This document shows positions 1 through 7,396 of a stretch of DNA of 38,537 nucleotides, in pieces. The translations under genes were made by a program, and so were the position numbers. The stretch lies in the NCBI GenBank assembly GCA_043798915.1, contig JAZDOG010000057.1:1-38537 (forward strand), in the 5' to 3' direction. Position 1 is the stretch's first letter, and each line of letters opens with the position of its first letter. A model generated the notes under the pieces. That model did not search any database. It saw nothing but the letters and a program-made list of their open reading frames with translations, and was not told the DNA's origin. Origin of the DNA: Pseudomonadota bacterium. GTDB taxonomy: Bacteria > UBA10199 > 2-02-FULL-44-16 > JAAZCA01.

Positions 1-369
1 GTCGGGATGCATAATTTTCAGGCGGCACCGTTTCCCAATTTGCTGAATTTCGCACTCGTTCAAATCCTTCTCGTCGCGCTCCCGGAGGAGTTCTTCTTCC
101 GCGGCTATTTTCAGTCGGCCGCCAATGCCATCTTCCCCGGCCGGATGCGCTTCTTCGGCGCCAACATCGGATGGGGACTCCTCGTCACAGCCGCCGTTTT
201 TGCCTTTGCCCACTCTGTGGTTCTCTATAAGTGGTGGCACTTCTCGATCTTCTTCCCCGCACTCGTCTTCGGCTATCTCCGCGAGCGCACCGGCACGATC
301 ACCGTTCCGGTCCTCTTCCACGCGGCTTCGAACATCCTGATGGATTGGATCACAAGAAGCTACGTCTGA
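1..369 (+). CDS. CPBP/CAAX-family intramembrane glutamic protease (possibly myxosortase-like); 5' end outside window
   Basis: EEFFFRG, FAFAH and HAASN motifs in a hydrophobic protein; frame is open from the window start. Confidence 0.85.
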   Translation, partial: VGMHNFQAAPFPNLLNFALVQILLVALPEEFFFRGYFQSAANAIFPGRMRFFGANIGWGLLVTAAVFAFAHSVVLYKWWHFSIFFPALVFGYLRERTGTITVPVLFHAASNILMDWITRSYV

Positions 370-1000
370 TGCCTTTGGTGTATGCGCACCACGGAGCGAT
401 TGGACACTCGCTGCAGCGCGGGTTGCGCGCCGAACATAATGTCCTTCCGTGATGGATGAGCCAGAAGTGGGCGGCGGCGAGCTGCCTCCGCGGAATGATC
501 CTGACGAGGTCGGCTTCGACTTTCTCGGGCGTCTTTCCATCCGACAGGCCGATCCTCCTTGCGACCCTGAAGACGTGCGTGTCGACCGGCATCGCCGGTT
601 CGCCGAAGGCTTTGATCAGGACTACGTTTGCGGTCTTGCGCCCCACGCCAGGAAGCGAAACTAGTTCATCTCGCGTTGGCGGCACCTTCCCCTTGAATTC
701 GTCGACGATCAACCGGCTCGCTGCGATTATGTTCTTCGCCTTCGCCTGATGGAGGCCGACCGATTTGATGATTCTCTCCACGTCGCGCCTCTTCGCGGTG
801 GAGAGTTTCGCCGCCGTCGGATATCTTTTGAAGAGCCCTGGAGTCACGCGATCGACCTGGTCGTCGGTGGTCTGGGCGGAGAGGATGGTTCCGACGAGCG
901 TGCGAAAGGGATCGCTTCGCCTGGCCCAGGGGCGCTGGCCCTTGGGGTAGCGCCTTTTGAGCGCATGCAGGATGGCGATGACATTCTTTTGAGAGATCAT
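350..1000 (-). CDS. nth: Endonuclease III
   Basis: ILSAQTTD, HhH motif LPGVGRKTANV, VDTHVFRV, 4Fe-4S motif CSARNPRCSECPIAPWC. Confidence 0.95.
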   Translation of the reverse strand: MISQKNVIAILHALKRRYPKGQRPWARRSDPFRTLVGTILSAQTTDDQVDRVTPGLFKRYPTAAKLSTAKRRDVERIIKSVGLHQAKAKNIIAASRLIVDEFKGKVPPTRDELVSLPGVGRKTANVVLIKAFGEPAMPVDTHVFRVARRIGLSDGKTPEKVEADLVRIIPRRQLAAAHFWLIHHGRTLCSARNPRCSECPIAPWCAYTKGIRRSFL

Positions 1001-1007
1001 GTGCCGA

Positions 1008-1595
1008 TCAGTATCTCCTTATCGCCGCGCGGATGATGCCGCCGAGCGTGAGTTCTCTCTGCGGGCGGATGACGGGATATTTGGGGTTGGCCGGAACGAG
1101 TTCGACCTCCTTCCCGCGACGCTGGTAGTATTTGAGCGTCCATTCGTTGTCAACGCATGCCAGCACGATGTCGCCGTTTTTGGGGGTGCCACCGCGCTCG
1201 ACGATCACGAGGTCGCCCTCGTGGATGCCGGCGTCGATCATCGAGTCGCCCGAGACCTTGAGGAGAAACGAGGACTCAGGCTTTTCGATCAGATAATCAT
1301 CGAGCGAGAGAGTGTCGATCAGTTCCTCTTCGGCCGGCGAGGGGAAACCGGCCTGGACGTAGCCCAGGAGCGGGACTCCCAGTTTTTCGCCCCGTGGGAT
1401 GAGGCGGCCAGCCTCGTCCTTTTCGACATAGCCCTCGTCAATCAGCCTTTTCGCGAGGCGGAACGCGGCGTTCTTCGAGCTGTAGCCGAAAATCCGGCAC
1501 ATCTCGGAGTAGGTGGGGAGGCGGCGGCTGCGCCTCCAGAAGCGGCGGAGTACGTCGATCTTGGCCTCTTCGATTTGTCCCGGTTTAAGAGTCAT
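1008..1595 (-). CDS. lexA: LexA-family repressor (wHTH + S24 peptidase)
   Basis: PTYSEMCRIFGYSSKNA HTH region, QAGF cleavage site, GDSM Ser, TLK Lys; ATG at 1595 chosen over the upstream ORF-track start. Confidence 0.88.
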   Translation of the reverse strand: MTLKPGQIEEAKIDVLRRFWRRSRRLPTYSEMCRIFGYSSKNAAFRLAKRLIDEGYVEKDEAGRLIPRGEKLGVPLLGYVQAGFPSPAEEELIDTLSLDDYLIEKPESSFLLKVSGDSMIDAGIHEGDLVIVERGGTPKNGDIVLACVDNEWTLKYYQRRGKEVELVPANPKYPVIRPQRELTLGGIIRAAIRRY

Positions 1596-1748
1596 AAGGC
1601 TAAATGAGCTACACCCCACCCCGCGGGGAGGGGGAATCCGCCGCGGGGCAGGAGATAGCATCCGTTTAAGCCGCCCGCCGTACAGAACCCTCGGCCGCTG
1701 TATGCGAGGAACCTTATCGATGGGCGGATGCCGGTTTTCAATGAAAGC

Positions 1749-1778
1749 ACGGTAAGTGAACGCCCGTTCACTTGTCAA
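1749..1778 (-). promoter_or_regulatory. lexA sigma70-type promoter with a palindromic operator (putative LexA box) in the spacer
   Basis: Minus strand TTGACA (1778-1773), N18, TACCGT; palindrome AAGTGAAC-GCCC-GTTCACTT at 1754-1773. Confidence 0.75.
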
Positions 1779-1805
1779 GCCCTTGTCTTTTTTTCCATCT
1801 CTTTT

Positions 1806-1842
1806 CCCTCTCCCCTTGTGGGAGAGGGTCAGGGTGAGGGGG
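1806..1842. repeat. REP-like GC-rich palindromic element
   Basis: CCCTCTCCC-CTTGT-GGGAGAGGG hairpin plus TCAGGGTGAGGG tail; related units lie inside prmC. Confidence 0.7.
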
Positions 1843-1947
1843 ATCTGAGCTTCTTCTGTTTGCTCCGTCTGACGGATATCTGTTATTTATCGAATAGTTG
1901 CATTAAAACAGCTTGCCGGTTTTCGTTACGCCAAGATTGGCCAGATA

Positions 1948-1980
1948 TCACGCAACAAATTACGAATTCTGCCGATAATA
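1948..1980 (+). promoter_or_regulatory. Sigma28 (FliA/WhiG)-like promoter
   Basis: GCCGATAA -10 at 1971-1978; TCACGCAAC-N12-CTGCCGATAATA recurs at 35769-35801. Confidence 0.7.
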
Positions 1981-2019
1981 TAGGTAAGGAACTGGGAACG
2001 GAACCTATCCGGGGCACAT

Positions 2020-3258
2020 ATGGGCAAGGTTGATATCAACAAATTCTGGATCGAGGGGGTTTTGACCGGGGCCTTCCCGCGGTTCGTGGAAGACGGCGGG
2101 GCCGATCTGGACGGAAATGGAATCATCGACGAGGGAGAGAAATTCGGTGATTTGAACGATGACGGCCGCGTGGGGGATCGGGGCGACTACGTTAAGTACC
2201 TCCAGGAAAACCGTTCCCTTCTTTCCGCCGCAATTCCATTTTTCAAGTGGGGACAAAACCTCTCGGTCACCAACAGGATCCATGAGCTTCTTTATCTGGA
2301 ATCGGATTTTTCCTCTGACACCCAGTTTCAATCGGCCTACGCCTTCATCACAATGCTTGTGGAAGATGCAAACGAGAAGATAGGCAATCGAAAGCTGTCG
2401 CCACAGGAAGAGAGTTCGATCTACTATGCTGTGATGAAAGAGGCTGGGATTAAGTTTATTGGTCAGGAAGACTCATCCTTTATAAATAATATAGAGAAAA
2501 GGGAACTGGATTGCGACACATCGAGTTTTATGGCCATGGCCATTGGTGATGAACTGGGTATTGTGCTCCGGCCTGTTCCTGCCCCTTGCCATATCTTTCT
2601 AAGGGGAAAGGGAAGGGATGGAAAGGAATTCAATATTGATTATGGGGAACTGACCTCTGACGGCGGGTACGAAGTAGATCCGGACTTGATTGGCAGAAAA
2701 GTTTATCTCCAGACCTTGAACGATCACCAACTGGAAGGTCAATTTTTATCTAACCGCGGCCTCGTTTTGTATAAGCTTGGCCGGCTGGATGAAGCCCTTG
2801 CGGCCTATGATAGCGCCCTTGCAATCAATTCAAATGATGCCGAGGTACACTTGAACCGCGGCAACGTTTTGGATGATCTCGGCCAGCTGGATGAAGCCCT
2901 TGCGGCCTATGATCGCGCCCTTGCAATCGACCCAAAAGATGCCTCGGCACACTATAACCGCGGCTACGTTTTGGATGATCTCGGCCGGTTCAAAAAAGCC
3001 CTGGCGGCCTATGATCGCGCTATTGCAATCAATCCAAAGCATGCCAAGGCACACTTTAACCGCGGCTACGTTTTGAGGAAGCTCGGCCGGTTCAAAAAAG
3101 CCTTGGCGGCCTATGATCGCGCCCTTGCAATCAATCCAAAGCATGCCAAGGCACACTTTAACCGCGGCGTCGTTTTAGAAAAACTCGGCCGGCTCAAAGA
3201 AGCCCGAGCGGCTTACAAAAAAGCCCGCCAGCCAAACCCAGGTTTAAAACACAAATAA
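2020..3258 (+). CDS. EF-hand-like + transglutaminase-like + 5xTPR protein, paralog 1
   Basis: DLDGNGIID and DLNDDG loops; LDCDT...HIFL...NID putative Cys-His-Asp triad; five 34-aa TPRs. Confidence 0.8.
   Translation: MGKVDINKFWIEGVLTGAFPRFVEDGGADLDGNGIIDEGEKFGDLNDDGRVGDRGDYVKYLQENRSLLSAAIPFFKWGQNLSVTNRIHELLYLESDFSSDTQFQSAYAFITMLVEDANEKIGNRKLSPQEESSIYYAVMKEAGIKFIGQEDSSFINNIEKRELDCDTSSFMAMAIGDELGIVLRPVPAPCHIFLRGKGRDGKEFNIDYGELTSDGGYEVDPDLIGRKVYLQTLNDHQLEGQFLSNRGLVLYKLGRLDEALAAYDSALAINSNDAEVHLNRGNVLDDLGQLDEALAAYDRALAIDPKDASAHYNRGYVLDDLGRFKKALAAYDRAIAINPKHAKAHFNRGYVLRKLGRFKKALAAYDRALAINPKHAKAHFNRGVVLEKLGRLKEARAAYKKARQPNPGLKHK
2743..3255 (+). repeat. 102-bp tandem TPR-coding repeats (5 units)
   Basis: Recurring cgcggc-NNN-gttttg...gcggcctatgatcgcgc scaffold. 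Confidence 0.85.
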
Positions 3259-3280
3259 GACGGAGAAAACCAGCGACATC

Positions 3281-4540
3281 ATGAAAGTCGACATCAACAA
3301 ATTCTGGATCGAAGGGGTTTTGACCGGAGCCTTCCCGCGGTTCGTGGAAGACGGCGGGGCCGATCTGGACGGCGATGGAATCATCGACGAGGAAGAGAAA
3401 TTCGGTGATTTGAACGATGACGGCCGAGTGGGAGATCGGGGCGACTACATAGAGTATCTCCAGGAAAATCGCTCCCGTCTTTCTGACGCAATTCCATTTT
3501 TCAAGTGGGGCCAAAGCCTTTCGGTCACCAACAGGATTCATCAACTCATTTATCTGGAATCGGATTTTTCTTCTGACACCCAGATTCAATCGGCCTACGC
3601 CTTCATCGCCCGGCTTGTGAAAGCCACAAGCGAGAAGATAGGCAATCGGAAGCTGTCGCCACAGGAGGAGAGCTCGATCTACTATGCTGTGATGAAAGAG
3701 GCAGGGATCAAGTTTATCGATCAGGAAGGCTCATCCTTTGTAAATAATATAGGAAAAAGGGAACTGGATTGCGACACATCGAGTTTCATGGCCATGGCCA
3801 TTGGGGATGAACGGCGTCTGGAGCTCCGTCCTGTCCTTGCCCCTGACCATCTCTTTTTAAGGGGAAAGGGAAGGGATGGAAAAGAATTCAATATTGATTA
3901 TGGGGAACTGACCTCTGACGGCGAGTACAAAGTAGATCCGGACTTGATTGGCAGAAAAGTTTATCTCCAGACTTTGAACGATCAGCAGCTGGAAGGTCTG
4001 TTTTTATATGATCGCGGCGGTGTTTTGTGCAAGCTCGGCCGGCTGGATGAAGCCCTTGCGGCCTATGAGGGCGACCTTGCAATCAATCCAAAGCATGCCG
4101 AGGCACATTTGAGCCGCGGCTACGTTTTGGAAAAACTTGGCCGGCCGGATGAAGCCCTTGCGGCCTATATACAGGCCCTCGCAATCAATCCAAAGTATGC
4201 CGAGGCACACTTGAACCTCGGTGTCGTTTTAGAAAAACTTGGCTTGCTGGATGAAGCCCTTGCGGCCTATGATCGCGCTATTGTGATCGATTCAGAGTAT
4301 GCCAAGGCACATTTTAACCGTGGCAACGTTTTGTGGAAGCTCGGCCAGCCCGAAGAAGCCCTTGCAGCCTATGATCGCGCTATTGCAATCGATTCAGAGT
4401 ATGCCAAGGCACACTATGGTCGCGGCTACGTTTTGACGAAGCTCGGCCGGTTCAAAAAAGCCCTTGCGGCCTGTAAAGAAGCCCACCGATTAAACTCAAG
4501 TTTAGAAATTGAAAAGTGTGCCCCTCATAAGAAACCATGA
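3281..4540 (+). CDS. EF-hand-like + transglutaminase-like + 5xTPR protein, paralog 2 (tandem duplicate)
   Basis: N-terminal ~240 aa nearly identical to 2020..3258; same C/H/D motifs; five TPRs. Confidence 0.8.
   Translation: MKVDINKFWIEGVLTGAFPRFVEDGGADLDGDGIIDEEEKFGDLNDDGRVGDRGDYIEYLQENRSRLSDAIPFFKWGQSLSVTNRIHQLIYLESDFSSDTQIQSAYAFIARLVKATSEKIGNRKLSPQEESSIYYAVMKEAGIKFIDQEGSSFVNNIGKRELDCDTSSFMAMAIGDERRLELRPVLAPDHLFLRGKGRDGKEFNIDYGELTSDGEYKVDPDLIGRKVYLQTLNDQQLEGLFLYDRGGVLCKLGRLDEALAAYEGDLAINPKHAEAHLSRGYVLEKLGRPDEALAAYIQALAINPKYAEAHLNLGVVLEKLGLLDEALAAYDRAIVIDSEYAKAHFNRGNVLWKLGQPEEALAAYDRAIAIDSEYAKAHYGRGYVLTKLGRFKKALAACKEAHRLNSSLEIEKCAPHKKP
4001..4505 (+). repeat. 102-bp tandem TPR-coding repeats (5 units)
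   Basis: Same DNA scaffold as in paralog 1. Confidence 0.85.
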
Positions 4541-4610
4541 CAATCAAGCATGTCTCCTTTGGATTCGTTTTGTTTTGCTTTTTCCTCTCTCAATCAGTAA
4601 ATTCTGGAGC

Positions 4611-5051
4611 ATGAAACCCAAAACAATGTTGTTTGGCGCGGTTGTCGCTGTATGCGGTGTCTGCCTTCTCTGCAGCGGGCTCTATGCGTATGCGAAGGAT
4701 CACAAGCCGGCCAAGGAGCCTCCAGCAGCGGCAGCCTCAGATAGCTCCGCCAGCGCGGCCGGCGGCGACGAGGTCAGCTTCGAGCAGACCAAGGACTGGA
4801 ATAAGCTCGAGCCGCGCCTCCAGGCGGCATGGCTCGACGCAAAAAAGTCCGGCGACATGACGCGCAGGCTCGACTGCTTCGTCCGCGTCCGCGAGAGGGG
4901 CGACAAGGGGGACGAGTCGTTCCTCTTCAGCCATGGCTTTGTCGTCCGCGCGTTCTCCGGCCCGGTTGCAACGGGCCATACGACGGCGGCCGACCTTCAG
5001 AGCGTCGCCGGATTGCCGTTTGTGGCTTCGATAAAGCTCTCTAGTCATTGA
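4611..5051 (+). CDS. Exported hypothetical protein; C-terminal domain resembles a subtilase propeptide
   Basis: Signal peptide-like MKPKTMLFGAVVAVCG...AYA, Ala/Ser linker, then a short alternating beta/alpha-pattern domain. Confidence 0.6.
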   Translation: MKPKTMLFGAVVAVCGVCLLCSGLYAYAKDHKPAKEPPAAAASDSSASAAGGDEVSFEQTKDWNKLEPRLQAAWLDAKKSGDMTRRLDCFVRVRERGDKGDESFLFSHGFVVRAFSGPVATGHTTAADLQSVAGLPFVASIKLSSH

Positions 5052-5053
5052 AG

Positions 5054-5473
5054 ATGATCACTGTTCGACCCGCACAGGAAGAGGATTTTGCGTCGATCGA
5101 GGACTTGCTTCAGGGGCTCGAGATCGGCCATCCGTCGTTCTCCGCGCGCGATTTTCAGGTTGCGAGCGTCGATGGCGAGATCGCCGCGGTTGCGAACCTC
5201 AAGGACTGCGGCGCGTGCTTCTATCTCGGCGCCGTCGGAGTGGCGGAGAGGCAGCAGGGCAGGGGGGTGGCCAGAAAGTTTCTGGATGAAATCCTTGCGG
5301 CGGCAGATAGAGACGTCTACCTCTACACGCGAATCCCGGAATTTTTTGGAAGATTCGGATTCGGCGTTGCCAGGGCTCCGGCCGCGATCCCGCCGCGCGA
5401 GATCTACGGCTGCGAGGCGTGCGACGGGGCGGCCGCCTGCGTCTGCATGGTGAGGAGGGCGGATGCGCCCTGA
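5054..5473 (+). CDS. GNAT N-acetyltransferase (short ArgA-like)
   Basis: VAERQQGRGVA acetyl-CoA motif, YLYTRIPEFFGRFGF, C-terminal Cys cluster. Confidence 0.8.
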   Translation: MITVRPAQEEDFASIEDLLQGLEIGHPSFSARDFQVASVDGEIAAVANLKDCGACFYLGAVGVAERQQGRGVARKFLDEILAAADRDVYLYTRIPEFFGRFGFGVARAPAAIPPREIYGCEACDGAAACVCMVRRADAP

Positions 5474-6362
5474 ATTTCCCGAATTCAAACCGGTCGGGAT
5501 GTCCGACCGCGGATTGATCGAGGAGTATGCCGCCAAATCTCCGGCCGGTATATGCGATCTCTCGTGCGCGAATCTCTTCATCTGGCAGGATTTTGAGCGC
5601 CCCAGCTTCACATTCGTCGGGGAGAACCTGTGTCTGCTTTTGAAGCCCTTGGACGAGCCGCCGTTTTTTCTGGAGCCCTTGGGCTCTGGCGACATCCAGA
5701 GTGCCGTGGATATCTGCATAGGACATGCCGGCAGGATATCCAGGGCGTCCGGCGAGTTTGTATCGCGCCTGCCGGCAGATGCATTCAGCATAAATCCCGT
5801 CCGGGAGCACTTCGATTATCTCTATCGGACGCGGGAGCTGGCAGATCTCAAGGGTCGAAGATTCGACGGCAAGCGGGGCCACATAAAGAAGATGAAGCGT
5901 CAATATCCGGATTATAAATATGTGCAGCTGACGAAAGAGATGGCGCACGACGCGCTGGCGCTCTTCGACGGCTGGAGCCGATGCAAAAAAGATGAGGTCT
6001 CAAAGAAAGGGGTTGTTTCGGAATTCACCTATGGCTGCCAGCGCGCGGCGATCGTCCGTGCCTTTGAACACTACGATGAGCTTGGACTGATGGGCGGCGC
6101 GCTCGCGATCGGCAGTTCATTTGCCGGCTTCGTCATCGGGAGTCGGCTGAAAGATGACATGGCCTGCGTACATTTCTGTTACAGCAGGCCGGATATCCCT
6201 GGTTCGTTTCAGACCCTCCTGTGGGGGGCGTGCCGAGGGACCTTTTCCGGCTTCGAGTTCGTGAACCTGGAGCAGGACCTGGGGTTAGCGGGCCTTCGCA
6301 AGGTCAAGTGCTCGTATTATCCTCTGAAAATGAGCGAAAAGTACGACGTGAAGAGGTTATAG
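5463..6362 (+). CDS. DUF2156 / phosphatidylglycerol lysyltransferase C-terminal-like protein
   Basis: CDLSCANLFIW, FDYLY...LADLKGRRFDGKR, VNLEQDLGLAGLRKVKCSYYP. Confidence 0.85.
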   Translation: MRPEFPEFKPVGMSDRGLIEEYAAKSPAGICDLSCANLFIWQDFERPSFTFVGENLCLLLKPLDEPPFFLEPLGSGDIQSAVDICIGHAGRISRASGEFVSRLPADAFSINPVREHFDYLYRTRELADLKGRRFDGKRGHIKKMKRQYPDYKYVQLTKEMAHDALALFDGWSRCKKDEVSKKGVVSEFTYGCQRAAIVRAFEHYDELGLMGGALAIGSSFAGFVIGSRLKDDMACVHFCYSRPDIPGSFQTLLWGACRGTFSGFEFVNLEQDLGLAGLRKVKCSYYPLKMSEKYDVKRL

Positions 6363-6468
6363 TCATCGCTGAAGCGGGGTCTGTGCTCCCCAATAGAATG
6401 CCCCTTTTGGGGATTTCAGCTTCCATCCGGCTGTCCCTTTACCTTGTCCTCCACTTAATAATCATAAA

Positions 6469-6521
6469 AATCAATTAGTTGAACAGCCAATAATCCTGCG
6501 AATGTTGGCAACGATCTTGCA
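6469..6521 (+). promoter_or_regulatory. Sigma54 promoter with upstream IHF-like site
   Basis: TTGGCAACGATCTTGCA (GG-N10-GC) at 6505-6521; AATCAATTAGTTG (WATCAA-N4-TTR) at 6469-6481. Confidence 0.7.
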
Positions 6522-6553
6522 CTTAAGGTGGCAGGGGAGGCGAGGCTTATCCT

Positions 6554-6982
6554 ATGATAAAAACCAAACAGCAGGCGAATCCATTCCAGGGACCTCTCTC
6601 GCAGCCTGCGCAGACGGTGGGCAGGACATACGGCGAGAGACGACTTGGGCAGGCAGGGATGCAGCCTGCGCAGACGGTGGCCCGGAAGCCGGTCGACCAG
6701 TTCAGCCCCTCCGGCAAGAAGGCCTCCGAAATCGCAACCTTCGATCCCAAGGCGACCTACAAGGCTGCCAGAAAGTTCAGCAACGGCGCGCCTTACAGGC
6801 CGGCCATCATCAACCACCTCCAGAATGGGACCGCACCCCAGAAGACTTCTTCTGAGGTGAAGCGGCCGTCGAACAACGCCTGCTTGAATTTCCTCGCCAA
6901 GGTCATCAACGATCCCACGCTGCACAGCGCCCAGGCCATACGCAAGGCCGCCTTCCATGGCGCCCCGGTCAAAAGGTCTTAG
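6554..6982 (+). CDS. Hypothetical basic protein with a duplicated QPAQTV motif
   Basis: GGAGG RBS-like sequence, sigma54 promoter upstream, 20-nt direct repeat at 6601-6620 and 6661-6680. Confidence 0.6.
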   Translation: MIKTKQQANPFQGPLSQPAQTVGRTYGERRLGQAGMQPAQTVARKPVDQFSPSGKKASEIATFDPKATYKAARKFSNGAPYRPAIINHLQNGTAPQKTSSEVKRPSNNACLNFLAKVINDPTLHSAQAIRKAAFHGAPVKRS

Positions 6983-7063
6983 CCCGAAGCCGGCTCTTAT
7001 TCCCTTGCAAATGCCCATTTCGTGTGATACTGCGCCCCAACTAATTATTTCAAGGAGTCGGTC

Positions 7064-7309
7064 ATGAAAGATAAAATTCATCCAAAGAGCGCTGATGTCA
7101 CCATCACCTGCGCGTGCGGGGCGGTCATCAAGACGACCTCGACCATGGGCAAGGATTTTTCGGTCGAGCTCTGCTCCAAGTGCCATCCCTTCTTCACGGG
7201 CAAGCAGCGCCTCGTCGATTCGACCGGCCGCGTCGAGCGCTTCCAAAAGCGCTATGAGAAATTTCAGGCAAAGAAGGGCGCAGCCAAGGAAACAGCCGAC
7301 AATCAGTAG
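7064..7309 (+). CDS. rpmE: 50S ribosomal protein L31 (Zn-binding type)
   Basis: [38 protein letters not shown]. Confidence 0.97.
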   Translation: MKDKIHPKSADVTITCACGAVIKTTSTMGKDFSVELCSKCHPFFTGKQRLVDSTGRVERFQKRYEKFQAKKGAAKETADNQ

Positions 7310-7329
7310 CTGCCTCAATCTGACATAAC

Positions 7330-7364
7330 CGATGCCCATGGGTCATGCGAACCTATGGGCATCG
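7330..7364 (+). other. Intergenic 14-bp stem-loop between rpmE and prfA
   Basis: CGATGCCCATGGGT-N7-ACCTATGGGCATCG with one G-U pair; no clear U-tract. Confidence 0.5.
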
Positions 7365-7396
7365 TTGTAATAACTCCCCGGGTGGATACTAATTTT

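Noticed and set aside
1596..1748. 6S RNA or SRP RNA identity for the lexA leader
   Set aside because: No closing stem/central bubble typical of 6S and no SRP conserved loop could be identified by eye.
2020..4540. Diversity-generating retroelement (TR/VR pair) explaining the near-identical repeats
   Set aside because: No reverse transcriptase in the window, both copies are full ORFs, and the differences do not look adenine-restricted.
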